DNA from: a virus
Taxonomy: Duplodnaviria > Caudoviricetes
Virus record (IMG/VR): IMGVR_UViG_3300036800_000125
Span: 1 to 60,506 of that record
Strand: one strand, 5' to 3'
DNA length: 60,506 bases
A program made the position numbers and the translations under genes. Below, piece by piece: positions 35,629 through 45,842 of this stretch (position 1 is the first letter of the stretch; each line of letters starts with the position of its first letter). A model generated the notes under the pieces. That model ran no database searches. It was not told the origin of the DNA and was given only the letters and a program-made list of their open reading frames with translations.

Positions 35629-36744
35629 ATGGCTATTACGAGAGCCTGCTACGCTACCCGCGAGCAGGCGAGACGAGCGCTAGACGTACAGCAGTCGGCG
35701 TACAGCGATTCAGTCATCGATCGCAAAATTCAATCCGCCTCGGGAGCGGTTGACCGTCTCTGCATGCGGAAATTCTTCCCCATCCTGACGACGTACAGAT
35801 GGGACTGGCCTAACTACCAGTATGCGTACCCCTGGCGGCTATGGCTTGACCAGAAGGAGCTCGCAGGGGATCCGGCGAACGCACCGGGTGGACAGATTGT
35901 TAGCGGGACATTCCTTCCGTCGCCTATTGTGATCCCGGTTGGCCAGTACATCCTCGGGCCAGTGGACGGAGCACCGTATACCGAACTTCAGTTGCGGCGC
36001 GATACCAATGCGACTTTCGGGAACAATACTACGCCACAGTTGGATATCGGTATTACCGGCTATTTCGGATACTGGATACAGACTCAGGTTGTTTCGTCGC
36101 TTGCCGCGGCGATCACGTCGACGACGCAGTCATCGGTCCAGGTCGGACCGAACAGCGGGGCGGACGCCGGTAGCACGCTGGTAATCGATAGCGAGCGCCT
36201 GCTCGTGACGGACAGTCAGTACATAAACACCAGCATCAGCCCTTCGTTTGGGTGTACTACCGCCTCAGCTGCTGACAATACGATGACAGTTGCTGATGGG
36301 ACGAAGTTTGCCACTGGCGAGGTTATTCTGCTCGACAGCGAGTGGATGCTTATCCAGTACATCCTCGGGAACAACATGATCGTCAAGCGTTCGTATAGCG
36401 GCTCCGTGCTCGCGACGCATAGTTCGCCGCCTATCTGGGCTAAGCGCCAGCTTACGGTGACACGCGGGTTCCTGGGCACCACGGCCGTCACGCATTTGAA
36501 TAATGCATCGGTATCTGTTGATGTATATCCAGATCTCGTGACCGATCTGACGGTGGCCGAGTTTGCTGTCGGTTCGATTCAGGAGCCGCAGGGCTATGCC
36601 AACCAGCAGCAGTCGAATTATTACGGACAGTCGCAGCGAGGCCAGGGACAGCAACGGGAATCATTCCCCGGTCCGGGCATCCAAGATCTTAGGAACAACT
36701 GTTTCGAAGCATACGGACGCAAGGCCAGAAGTCGGGTGGTTTGA
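35629..36744 (+). CDS. head-to-tail adaptor with beta-rich insertion
   Basis: CYATRE...ASGAVDRLCMRKF, ITGYFGY; repeated IDSERL/LDSEWM-VxRG modules. Confidence 0.7.
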   Translation: MAITRACYATREQARRALDVQQSAYSDSVIDRKIQSASGAVDRLCMRKFFPILTTYRWDWPNYQYAYPWRLWLDQKELAGDPANAPGGQIVSGTFLPSPIVIPVGQYILGPVDGAPYTELQLRRDTNATFGNNTTPQLDIGITGYFGYWIQTQVVSSLAAAITSTTQSSVQVGPNSGADAGSTLVIDSERLLVTDSQYINTSISPSFGCTTASAADNTMTVADGTKFATGEVILLDSEWMLIQYILGNNMIVKRSYSGSVLATHSSPPIWAKRQLTVTRGFLGTTAVTHLNNASVSVDVYPDLVTDLTVAEFAVGSIQEPQGYANQQQSNYYGQSQRGQGQQRESFPGPGIQDLRNNCFEAYGRKARSRVV

Positions 36745-37229
36745 TGGGATTTATCATCGTCGTCGATGTGGGTGATCAGGGGCCGGTATTTGACGGTCGC
36801 TGGGAGGGCATCATGTCCGCCTACGATCGTCATGTTGAGGATCACATCGGGGACATTGCGGTCCATAGGATTCGTACCTACCTGCCGACGCAGTACATGT
36901 ACCTTGGGTTCAATGGTGGCGATCCGGTTCACAACCCCGTCCCAAAGGATGCCGGGTATCTAGTTGCCCATGTTGTATCTCACCGGGACACCACGGACGC
37001 CGTCTTGGTGACGGATGGCGGATACCCCGGGATGATCTATGGTCCTTGGATCGAGGGTGTTGGCCCGGGCAACTTGTACTTCGGTATGGCAGGAAGAGCA
37101 GCGCGCGGTCTTTCCCCGCGCTTCCCTGGCTACCATGCTTTCCAGAAGATCAGCTTTGAGCTGAATATGGAGGCGGCCGACCTCGCCCAGGAAGAACTAC
37201 CACCGTACCTGGCGGCGCTCAATGAATAA
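36741..37229 (+). CDS. neck/head-tail protein (HK97 gp10-like)
   Basis: IYGPWIEGVG...RFPGYHAF; position. Confidence 0.6.
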   Translation: MMGFIIVVDVGDQGPVFDGRWEGIMSAYDRHVEDHIGDIAVHRIRTYLPTQYMYLGFNGGDPVHNPVPKDAGYLVAHVVSHRDTTDAVLVTDGGYPGMIYGPWIEGVGPGNLYFGMAGRAARGLSPRFPGYHAFQKISFELNMEAADLAQEELPPYLAALNE

Positions 37230-37240
37230 CGAGGCTCCAT

Positions 37241-37660
37241 ATGGCACAGCATGAGGTCAAGCTCTCTGAGGACTCGATCGCCGAGATCCGAAAATTGCGA
37301 GCCGAGGTCAGGGCAATGCGAACCGTTGTGACGGCACGGAGGATGCCTCACGGATGGCTTCGGATCGTGATCAAGGATTTGGAGACCAACCCGCACACGC
37401 AGTACAAGGTGCACTATTACGGAATGCTGTACTGGCTGGTTAACTTCCCTGCCGTGGCGCTATTGTTCTTCTTTGCACCGAGCGTCTGGCTCAAGTGGGG
37501 AATTTTCATTACGCTGTTTTACAGCATCTATGCGAACTTCGCGACGGACTACGGCGCGATGTCTTCAGCGATGGCCGCCTTCGGGCAGGATCCATTGCCG
37601 GAGATCCCATCATCGGCTCATGTGGAGGCAAAGAGCGATGGACAGCCTGAAGTGTCTTGA
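37241..37660 (+). CDS. 2-TM membrane protein
   Basis: hydrophobic central region. Confidence 0.65.
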   Translation: MAQHEVKLSEDSIAEIRKLRAEVRAMRTVVTARRMPHGWLRIVIKDLETNPHTQYKVHYYGMLYWLVNFPAVALLFFFAPSVWLKWGIFITLFYSIYANFATDYGAMSSAMAAFGQDPLPEIPSSAHVEAKSDGQPEVS

Positions 37661-37910
37661 GTGTGTTACCGAGTACCTCCTTCGCGTGGCTACGCTCGAG
37701 GAGGGCACGCTAGAGCCAGGAGAGCCGCATTACTCATGGTCTGAGGTCGAGGACGCCGAAACGATGGTTCCGTCATGGCAGCAGAACATAGTCGGGCCCG
37801 GACAGATGGTAGTCGCCTGCGTTGCCGTTCCCGCCTGCCTCAAGCACATCAAGATACAGAAGCCGACGCCGCAGCAGATGGCCAGCCGTAACGGGCTGAT
37901 CGTTTCCTAG
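37638..37910 (+). CDS. Cys-containing hypothetical protein
   Basis: GGAGG RBS; CLEC...CLKH. Confidence 0.6.
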   Translation: MDSLKCLECVTEYLLRVATLEEGTLEPGEPHYSWSEVEDAETMVPSWQQNIVGPGQMVVACVAVPACLKHIKIQKPTPQQMASRNGLIVS

Positions 37911-37923
37911 GAAGGAGCCGACA

Positions 37924-38400
37924 TTGCCTGCAGTCTTTAACGATGCGGCGATCAACGAGGTGATCGATAAGATCATCAGCTATGCGTTGGCCAGCGGCCG
38001 GTTTGACAGCGTTAACGGTCACGAACCAAAATCGGCTCCGGGCAACAATGTCACGTTCGCATTGTGGGTGCAGTCAATAAACCCGGCACGACTGAGTGGC
38101 CAGGCTGCGACGTCGATTGTTGTGCTGTTCCAGGGCAGAGTCTACATCCCGTTCACACAGATGCCGTATGACATGATCGATCCACAGGTACTGGCTGCGG
38201 TGACTGACCTGATGGGAACGTTCAGCGGCGACTTCGACTTCGGAGGGGTAGCGGATGTACGGGAGGTAGACTTGCTCGGAGCGAACGGTACAAAACTCTC
38301 TGCTAACGCCGGGTATGTAGAGATAGATCGGAGGATGTACCGTATCATGACAATCAACATCCCTATCGTTATCAACGATGCATTTGTGCAGGTGGCGTGA
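37924..38400 (+). CDS. tail terminator-like protein
   Basis: HEPKSAPG, YRIMTINIP; position before the tail tube genes. Confidence 0.65.
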   Translation: MPAVFNDAAINEVIDKIISYALASGRFDSVNGHEPKSAPGNNVTFALWVQSINPARLSGQAATSIVVLFQGRVYIPFTQMPYDMIDPQVLAAVTDLMGTFSGDFDFGGVADVREVDLLGANGTKLSANAGYVEIDRRMYRIMTINIPIVINDAFVQVA

Positions 38401-39356
38401 TGGCAAAGCAATCGGGCCTCGGAGACAACATCTACGTTGGCGGCTATGACCTGTCCGGCGACGTCACCTCGATCGACAAGATCAGCGGCCCAACGGCGCT
38501 CCTCGAGGCGACGACCATTAAGCAGCTCGCTGAGTCTAGGCTCCCGGGCAAGCGTGATGGCAACATGCAGTTCACTACGTTGTTCGATAACACCGGGACC
38601 ACGAATACACCGTCCGTTCCGGCGACCACCGTGGTGCAGCTCAATACCAATACCTGGCCCGTGTTCGTGACGATTACTGGCGGCGCACTCACGTTCGTCT
38701 TCGTCAACGGAGTCCAGGTTGGTACGACAGCAGGTACCTATGTAGTTCCGGCCGGTCAGGGGATATCGATCACCTACTCCTCGGCTCCAACCTGGGCCTG
38801 GTCTGGGGTACTAGCCGAGCACAATGCGTTGTCGGTGCTTCCCCGGACAGATGTGGTAGCCAGCTATCTACGCGGAAATGCGCTGGGGAATCCGGCAGCT
38901 TGCTGCAACGGTGTCCAGCTGAACTACGATGGCACAAGAGACAACACTGGTCAGCTGACGATGCAAACCGAAATTGATGCTGATGGGTTCGGAGTCGAGT
39001 GGGGGTATCAGCTAACGGCTGGCCTCCGGGCTGACACCGCGGCTACGGTGGGTGCAGCCTACGATGACACGAGCGGGTCTGGCGGTACCGCCTTCGGAGC
39101 CCAGGCATACCTCCAACTCGTGGCGCTGGTCGGTACGAACGTGGATGTGTCCATTACCCATGCGACCACCTCGGGTGGCAGCTACACCCCGCTCATCGAC
39201 TTCGGCAGCAAGACAACGCGCGGCTCGTTCCGCGGATCGGTTAGCAATATTACGGCCGTCAATGAGTTTCTCAAGGTGGTAACGACTGGAACTTTCACCT
39301 ACGCACAGTTCGCCGTGGTGTTTGTACGTAACCTAGCGGCGGGGAAGGTGTTCTAG
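38400..39356 (+). CDS. tail tube-like/minor tail protein
   Basis: MAKQSGLGDNIYVGGYDLSGD; tail module position. Confidence 0.65.
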   Translation: MAKQSGLGDNIYVGGYDLSGDVTSIDKISGPTALLEATTIKQLAESRLPGKRDGNMQFTTLFDNTGTTNTPSVPATTVVQLNTNTWPVFVTITGGALTFVFVNGVQVGTTAGTYVVPAGQGISITYSSAPTWAWSGVLAEHNALSVLPRTDVVASYLRGNALGNPAACCNGVQLNYDGTRDNTGQLTMQTEIDADGFGVEWGYQLTAGLRADTAATVGAAYDDTSGSGGTAFGAQAYLQLVALVGTNVDVSITHATTSGGSYTPLIDFGSKTTRGSFRGSVSNITAVNEFLKVVTTGTFTYAQFAVVFVRNLAAGKVF

Positions 39357-39842
39357 ATGTCGCACATGGTTCAGGTACCGTTCGGTCGGGCGATGGTCAG
39401 CCGTCTCGCTCCGGATGCCGGTCCCGAGCATTTCAAGACATTCACATGGTCCGCTCCGGTTCGGACACACTGGCGTCCCGCTACATGCGAGGAGTACAAG
39501 TGTGACGGCATCGTCCATGGGTTCGTAACCACAGTCGACACGAGCACGGACCGAGGAAGGAAGCAGTATCACTTCCTAACGCACGACAAGGAGCGAACGC
39601 ACAGCATGCAGCGGGTCGGTCCAACACTGTTCAAGTTCATTTACAAGCCGGGGAATCCATGCTTCAACCGAGAAGGTCATCGCGTGCCGATTGGTCGTCC
39701 GCCGTTCTATCTGGTGAGCGGTGGCGACTGGCGCGGTAACCCGCGTAGAATCCAAACGCTCTACCATCGCCGACCAGAGGACTGGGTCGACCAGTTCGCC
39801 AACCACCAGAATGATATAGCAGAAGCCTTCCGGAGAGGATAA
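39357..39842 (+). CDS. hypothetical protein in tail module
   Basis: 161 aa; GGDWRGNP. Confidence 0.7.
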   Translation: MSHMVQVPFGRAMVSRLAPDAGPEHFKTFTWSAPVRTHWRPATCEEYKCDGIVHGFVTTVDTSTDRGRKQYHFLTHDKERTHSMQRVGPTLFKFIYKPGNPCFNREGHRVPIGRPPFYLVSGGDWRGNPRRIQTLYHRRPEDWVDQFANHQNDIAEAFRRG

Positions 39843-39846
39843 TACC

Positions 39847-40275
39847 ATGGCAAAGACTAGCGGCCTTGGCGGCGTCATCATCGTTCAGGATGCCGTTCCG
39901 ACCGCGAGGACCATCACCAACGACATCACAAACTACTCGTTCACCACACCTCGCAACACCCAGGACACCACCGGCGTCGACAAGTTCGCCAACGAGCGCC
40001 TGCTCCTGCTCGCGGACTATACCGTGACGCTGAACGGCGTGTTCAACACCGCGGCCAACCAGTCGCACGACGTGTTCAAGACGGTCACCTCAACGTCGGT
40101 CACGCGCAGCGTGGAGATCGACCCGATCGGCGCGAGCTCCGGGATGCCGACCCTGGTCAACAATTGTCTGCTCACCGATTACCAGATCACCCGTGCCAAC
40201 ACGGGCGAGCTCACCTTCCAGGTTCCCGGCTCGCTCGCGGACGGTACCGTTCCGGCCTGGGCAACTCACGCATAA
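39847..40275 (+). CDS. major tail (tube) protein
   Basis: QDTTGVDK.ANERLLLLAD, LADGTVPAW; directly upstream of the chaperone and tape measure. Confidence 0.75.
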   Translation: MAKTSGLGGVIIVQDAVPTARTITNDITNYSFTTPRNTQDTTGVDKFANERLLLLADYTVTLNGVFNTAANQSHDVFKTVTSTSVTRSVEIDPIGASSGMPTLVNNCLLTDYQITRANTGELTFQVPGSLADGTVPAWATHA

Positions 40276-40302
40276 CCGACTCTTTCTGTAACGGAGGCTA
40301 CA

Positions 40303-40737
40303 GTGGGATTCACACCGGAACCGACGATCCTCAAGATCGTCTTTGACGAGGACACTCCGTTGCACGGCTTGGTGATCCGTGCCAGGCCTTGCACGATTGG
40401 CGAGTGGAACCAGCTTCTCTCGGGAGCGGACGATGAAATCAAGACGGGAAAGGAACGTGTAGAGAACGAGGACAAGCTGGCCAGCGTCTTCCTAGAACAC
40501 GCTGTAAGCTGGGACCTGGAGATCCCTCCGGGGACTCCGGTTCCGCTGACTCTTGATGGGTGGCATACCCTGGAAAGAAGCTGGGGCAATCTGATCATCA
40601 CGGCATGGCAGTTCGCCATGGTCGGCATCCCAAAAACCTCAGAGAACGGCTCGAGCTCTGGCGTACCTTTGGAGGAAGCATCACTCGGGCTGGCGAGCAT
40701 ATCGGAAAGCCTTCCGAACTGGGAAGGGCCGAACTAG
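40303..40737 (+). CDS. tail assembly chaperone
   Basis: SWDLE motif; canonical position. Confidence 0.7.
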   Translation: MGFTPEPTILKIVFDEDTPLHGLVIRARPCTIGEWNQLLSGADDEIKTGKERVENEDKLASVFLEHAVSWDLEIPPGTPVPLTLDGWHTLERSWGNLIITAWQFAMVGIPKTSENGSSSGVPLEEASLGLASISESLPNWEGPN

Positions 40738-40874
40738 TCGTCGGTCTCTGTGAGAAGTTTGGGACGCTTCCTCGGGCCGGAGGCATCCTGGACCAGCCAG
40801 CAGACTTCATCAGGATGATGCAGATTGTAAGTCTTGGACGGAGAGAGGAGGGGGTAGAGGACTATGGCGAATGA
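40698..40874 (+). CDS. probable -1 frame extension of the tail assembly chaperone (entry point uncertain)
   Basis: open -1 frame ...KPSELGRAELVVGLCEKFGTLPRAGGILDQP... with no clear start of its own. Confidence 0.5.
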   Translation, partial: HIGKPSELGRAELVVGLCEKFGTLPRAGGILDQPADFIRMMQIVSLGRREEGVEDYGE

Positions 40875-43800
40875 AGTGGAAATTCGCATCACCGCGAACG
40901 ACATGACTGGACCTGCATTTGCAGGTGCGATGGGTCGCCTGTCCGCACTCAAGAAGGCGGCGGATGATGTCGCTGGTGACAGGCAAATGCAGTTCAATAT
41001 CGGTGATGCGATGGCCAAGCTCGCCGCGCTGAAGGCGCTTGCTAGCGGAATCAGCCTGGGTAAGGTGGATAGTAGCGCGCTCGGGGCCTCGCTCACCGCT
41101 CTCCGCTCCAAGATTCAATCGCTGGGTATCGCCGACCTAGCTGACGTTAATGTTCAGCCAGGTCGGCTGATGACTCAGCTGCAGCTAATCAAGCGACTGA
41201 TCACCCAGGCAGGAATTTCCGATGTCCTCGACTTTAACCTGACGCCTGCTGACCTGACTTCTCAGCTGGAAAAGCTTGGCCACATGCAGTATGAGGTCCC
41301 GGTCAAGTTTGATGTATCTCACATGCCTAATCTAGGCGATATCGGATCAGAGCAGTTTACGATTCCGATCAAGTTTGATGTATCAAAGATCCCGGTCTTC
41401 GGACAGACCGGGACGGTTATCAACATACTGCAGCATGGCCAAACCATGCCGATCCTCGATATCCCGGCCAACATTGATATCAAGAACATTCCGGTTGTTG
41501 GCGCGACACAGAACATCAACAAGGGGAATAGTGCCAGCAATATCCTCCAGGTCGTCGCAGCAGAGAAGGCGCTTCAAGCCGCGAACGAGGCGGTCGCCCA
41601 TTCGGCTTCGGATGCGGATGTTCAGCTGAGTCCTCTGATGCAGAGGATGCTTGCCCTGGCGGCCGATGTTGACTCCGGAACCAAGTACATGGGCGGCTTC
41701 GGAGATGCGCTTGTTTCCCTTCTCCCGTATCTTGGCATGCTTTCAACGGTGATACTTGCTAACTCTTCCGGCCTCCGTGGCTGGGGTAGTGCAATAACTA
41801 CGGTAGCAACAAATATCGGATCAGGGCTTCTAGTAAGTACAATAGCTGCCGGCAATGCGATCAAGAACCTTGACGACAATATATCTCTTGGCATACCGAT
41901 GTGGCAGTCGGCCGGTAATCTATGGTTTGGTCTTGGCGGCCATATCCAGTTGTTCGCCGGTGCACTAACCCATGTTGGCATTCCGGCCTTTATCTCGACT
42001 GCTTCTGGCCTTCATCTGCTTACCGATGGTATCATCGAAGTTGGTGCAACTCTGATCCCGGCCATCATTGGTCTTGGTGCGTTTGCTGCTGCAGCTGTTG
42101 ATACCACCAATGTAATTCAGAACCATTTCAAGAATATGAATATTGCAATCGATGCGACCGGTAAGACTGTTTACCCGTTGACCGGATCGTTTTCTGCAAT
42201 GAACAAGGCAGCCCAGCCCGAGGTATACGTCTTGCTTGGCGAAGGGCTGCAAGTTGTAAACAAGAATGCAGGAATACTGCAGACAATCGCCCTCGCGGCC
42301 GGTAAATCTCTTGACGATCTCGGTGCACGTTTCACCTACGCGATGACGAGCGGCGGTGGGTTCGGTACTTTCATGAAGAATTCGGCTACCGACCTTTCTG
42401 GCTGGGGTACCCTGATCGGGAACATCGGCGGGATCATCGGAAACTTCCTCAAGGTGATGCCTGGGTATGCCGAGATCATCCTGAATGTCGCGAACGCGGT
42501 GACACACCTAGCAGAGAACATTACCGGCTCTGGGCTAGGCCAGGGAATCCTTTCCGTCGCCCTGGCGATGCATGGTTTTATCCTGTACGCGGGTCTTATT
42601 GGCACCGGCGCAGCTGTCCTGATTTCCCGGACGCTCCCCGCGCTCGCGCTTGGAATTTACAAAGTTGGAGCGGCATTCGATGTCATGGGTGCAAGTTCTG
42701 TAGCTGGTGCACTCAAGGGGTTCGCTGTGCAGGCAGAGGATGCCGCTACACTCCCATGGGGATGGATAACGCTTGCGGCAGCTGGTATTGGGGTATTGGT
42801 TTATCAATTCCTTAATGCAAAGAGCGCAGCCCAGCAGTTCGCTGATGCAGCCCAGAAGACTATCGAGCAGACTAAGCTATCTAGTCTTGGCAATACGTTG
42901 TCATACAGCATGATGGGTTATGCAGCAGCTCTTGGCCAGGCTACGGCGCAGACGACGAAACTTCAGGCAGCTACCGCTCACACTCAGCTGGTTGATGTTG
43001 GGAAAAGCGTTCAGCAAGTTACGGTTTACTCAGCAGCTACATATACGGCTATGCAAAACGTTTCCGACTACGCAGCTGCTCTTAATGTTGCCAGGCAGGA
43101 CCAAGCTACATACAATTCAAATCTAGCGATGGCTGCGAAAGTATTCGGTAGCAATCAGGCTGCTCTTGCCGCCCTAACGAATGCCGGCATCACCAGCACT
43201 CAGATGCTCACGACGAGCAAGCAGCAAATGGCCGAGAATATCATCGAGGCTCAAGCGTACAATGATGCTCTTCGGGCACTCACCAATGGAACCGGTGAGT
43301 ATGGTGCGATGATAAATGCGTTGTCTGGTCCGGAACAGTATCTTGGCGATTTCCTAAAGAACATACAGACGGCCACTGCAGCTCAGGACGCCGCAATGGC
43401 GATCGTTACTGCAGGCGTCACGGCATTCGATACATACGGCCAGGGGCTTCATACTATTGGCGTCAACGCCGCCGTTGCGGGTGCATCAATCGGCGGTCTG
43501 AACGATCAGAGTTTTGCACTGAATGCTTCGTTTTATGCCGAGGAGACGAATGCACAGAAGGTCATCGATGCCCTAGAGCAGCAAGAAACATCGGCTAAGA
43601 ACATGACTGCGGCAACAGCGACCATGGCTAGTGAGCTGCTTTTTAATGCAGGCAGCAATAATACGGCACGGGCTTCAATTGTTGCCATGATTAATAACGC
43701 TCTCGGGCCCGGTACCGTCAGCCTTCAGACGCTGAATACCTGGGTTGGCAAGAACAGTACATCGTTTCAAGGGCTTAGCACTATTATCGATCAGGCATCC

Positions 43801-45111
43801 GTGAAAGCAGGAACACTAGCCAACATTCTGCAGACTCAGCTGAATGCTCAGTTCCAGGCAGACTTGCTTCAGTCTTCCGGCGCAACGACCGCGATGAAGA
43901 ACTTCACGGATGCGATCGTCAATAGCGGCAATAATAGCAATGCAACAAAAAACGCACGAGCGACATTGATCGGCGATCTTGAGAAAACCGGGATGTCTGC
44001 TACGGATGCCAAGAACTATGTGAATAATTTGCAGACACAGATCGATAGTCTGCATGGCAAGTCGGTTTCCGTCACCACGCCAAATGCTCCAAATGCCAAG
44101 CAGCAAGTGCTTGACTTGAACAACAGCATTCTACATCTGCAGAATCACACATCCATCGTACGTGTTGTGGGCCAAGGGTCGGGTGCGATTACCGCGACGG
44201 AAAACATCTTCGGGATGAAAACCCAGAAACTGGGAAGCCTGACATTCGTTGCAGGGGGCGGCCCGATCAAGGGCCAGGGAGGCCCTAAGCAGGACAACCT
44301 GCCCGTTATGGCTTCCGCTGGTGAGTGGATGATGCAGGCTAGCGCCGTCGACAAGTACGGCACTGGGTTCATGGCCGCTGTCAATGCTGGCAAGTATGCC
44401 AACGGTGGCCTGATAAATACTAACCAGTTCGCTGGTGCATCGACCTGGATGGGCAACGATGGGTCGGCGTTCATCAAGGGCGCGGCTAACGCCGGGGCGC
44501 CAGCGCTGATGAGCGCGTTCCTGGCAGCAGCGGCCAAACAAGCAGCAGCAATGGCTGCCGCTTCAGTTCCGACGATCGCAACGGCAGGAAGCAGCGGCGG
44601 GATTATCGCTACCATGATGAGGAACATGGCCGCCGCTCGTGGATGGACTGGTACACAGTGGAGTGCGCTATACGACGTGGAAATGCGCGAGGCCGGGTTC
44701 AACATGACTGCGACCAACCCGACGTCCGGTGCCTATGGCCTCGCTCAGTTCATCAATGGCCCAAGCGAGTATGCACAGTATGGCGGAAACAGCACGACGG
44801 CAACCGGCCAGATTACCGGCATGCTCAACTACATCGCTCAGCGATACGGCAATCCAATAAATGCCTGGGCTCACGAGCAGGCGTATAACTGGTATGACCA
44901 TGGCGGCATCCTCAAGCCGGGTGCGACCATGGCCTACAACGGGACCGGCCAGAACGAGTACGTGGTCGGTCCCCAGGGTCTTACCGTCGGGCTTCAGGTC
45001 GCGAGCGGCGGAAGCTCAGCCTTTGAGTCGTTCATGCTCGAGATGATAAGGAACTTTGTCCGTATCAAGGGCGGCGGAAACGTCCAGACAGCATTCGGAA
45101 GGAATAAGTAA
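40864..45111 (+). CDS. tape measure protein with C-terminal lytic transglycosylase domain
   Basis: 1415 aa Ala/Gly-rich helical protein; REAGFN..ATNPTSGAYGLAQF and YIAQRYG SLT motifs. Confidence 0.92.
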   Translation: MANEVEIRITANDMTGPAFAGAMGRLSALKKAADDVAGDRQMQFNIGDAMAKLAALKALASGISLGKVDSSALGASLTALRSKIQSLGIADLADVNVQPGRLMTQLQLIKRLITQAGISDVLDFNLTPADLTSQLEKLGHMQYEVPVKFDVSHMPNLGDIGSEQFTIPIKFDVSKIPVFGQTGTVINILQHGQTMPILDIPANIDIKNIPVVGATQNINKGNSASNILQVVAAEKALQAANEAVAHSASDADVQLSPLMQRMLALAADVDSGTKYMGGFGDALVSLLPYLGMLSTVILANSSGLRGWGSAITTVATNIGSGLLVSTIAAGNAIKNLDDNISLGIPMWQSAGNLWFGLGGHIQLFAGALTHVGIPAFISTASGLHLLTDGIIEVGATLIPAIIGLGAFAAAAVDTTNVIQNHFKNMNIAIDATGKTVYPLTGSFSAMNKAAQPEVYVLLGEGLQVVNKNAGILQTIALAAGKSLDDLGARFTYAMTSGGGFGTFMKNSATDLSGWGTLIGNIGGIIGNFLKVMPGYAEIILNVANAVTHLAENITGSGLGQGILSVALAMHGFILYAGLIGTGAAVLISRTLPALALGIYKVGAAFDVMGASSVAGALKGFAVQAEDAATLPWGWITLAAAGIGVLVYQFLNAKSAAQQFADAAQKTIEQTKLSSLGNTLSYSMMGYAAALGQATAQTTKLQAATAHTQLVDVGKSVQQVTVYSAATYTAMQNVSDYAAALNVARQDQATYNSNLAMAAKVFGSNQAALAALTNAGITSTQMLTTSKQQMAENIIEAQAYNDALRALTNGTGEYGAMINALSGPEQYLGDFLKNIQTATAAQDAAMAIVTAGVTAFDTYGQGLHTIGVNAAVAGASIGGLNDQSFALNASFYAEETNAQKVIDALEQQETSAKNMTAATATMASELLFNAGSNNTARASIVAMINNALGPGTVSLQTLNTWVGKNSTSFQGLSTIIDQASVKAGTLANILQTQLNAQFQADLLQSSGATTAMKNFTDAIVNSGNNSNATKNARATLIGDLEKTGMSATDAKNYVNNLQTQIDSLHGKSVSVTTPNAPNAKQQVLDLNNSILHLQNHTSIVRVVGQGSGAITATENIFGMKTQKLGSLTFVAGGGPIKGQGGPKQDNLPVMASAGEWMMQASAVDKYGTGFMAAVNAGKYANGGLINTNQFAGASTWMGNDGSAFIKGAANAGAPALMSAFLAAAAKQAAAMAAASVPTIATAGSSGGIIATMMRNMAAARGWTGTQWSALYDVEMREAGFNMTATNPTSGAYGLAQFINGPSEYAQYGGNSTTATGQITGMLNYIAQRYGNPINAWAHEQAYNWYDHGGILKPGATMAYNGTGQNEYVVGPQGLTVGLQVASGGSSAFESFMLEMIRNFVRIKGGGNVQTAFGRNK

Positions 45112-45311
45112 TGCATCCAGCAGTAGAGCAGATCCTGCGGCACTTCGAGTACGATCACCTACCTGAGCGATTGCAGTGGGTATCCAAGCCATTTCGTCGT
45201 CTGGCTCATGATCTGGCTGATCAGCTCGAAGGGCCCGAGCTTATCGTAGGGCTTCGCAAGCTTCTCGAGGCCAAAGACTGCATGGTTCGTGCAGCTCTAG
45301 ATAAGGAGTAG
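45111..45311 (+). CDS. small helical-hairpin phage protein (possible Acb2/Tad1-like)
   Basis: FEYDHLP..LQ.VSKPF..LA...E...LRKLLEAKD..VRA. Confidence 0.7.
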   Translation: MHPAVEQILRHFEYDHLPERLQWVSKPFRRLAHDLADQLEGPELIVGLRKLLEAKDCMVRAALDKE

Positions 45312-45314
45312 GAA

Positions 45315-45794
45315 ATGGCCGTTACCTCGCACGTCTATCCCAAGGCACAGGACGCGATCAACAAGAAGACCATCAGTCTGACTGGAGACACGTTCAAGGT
45401 TGGCCTTTGCACCGGAGATGCATCGGCATGGACGAGTACGCAGCAGGCTTACCAGTACATCTCCGATATCACCGGGGCTTACACCGAGGTTGTTACCGGC
45501 GGCGGTTACACATCTGGTTATTCTGGACGCGTGACGCTATCTACCCTAACGCTAACGATCACCGGGAACAAGGAGGTATGGACCTGTACTAGCCCGGCTC
45601 CGATCAGTTTCGGGTCATCAACAACGATTTCAGCTCGGTGTATGTTCGTGGCTGACTACACCATCGGATCAACCGATGCGAACACCCCGGTTGTCGCAAT
45701 AATCGACTTCGGTGGTACTGTAGCATCGACCGCTGGAGCATATACATACACCGTTGATGCCGTAAACGGCCTTGCATACTGGAATGCCGTCTAA
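45315..45794 (+). CDS. minor tail/virion structural protein
   Basis: DTFKVGL, EV..GGYT, IDFG motifs; position after the tape measure. Confidence 0.7.
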   Translation: MAVTSHVYPKAQDAINKKTISLTGDTFKVGLCTGDASAWTSTQQAYQYISDITGAYTEVVTGGGYTSGYSGRVTLSTLTLTITGNKEVWTCTSPAPISFGSSTTISARCMFVADYTIGSTDANTPVVAIIDFGGTVASTAGAYTYTVDAVNGLAYWNAV

Positions 45795-45842
45795 TTCCCT
45801 GCAAGAGAATGAAGCCATAGCCATAGCCCAGTTTGGATCCTG

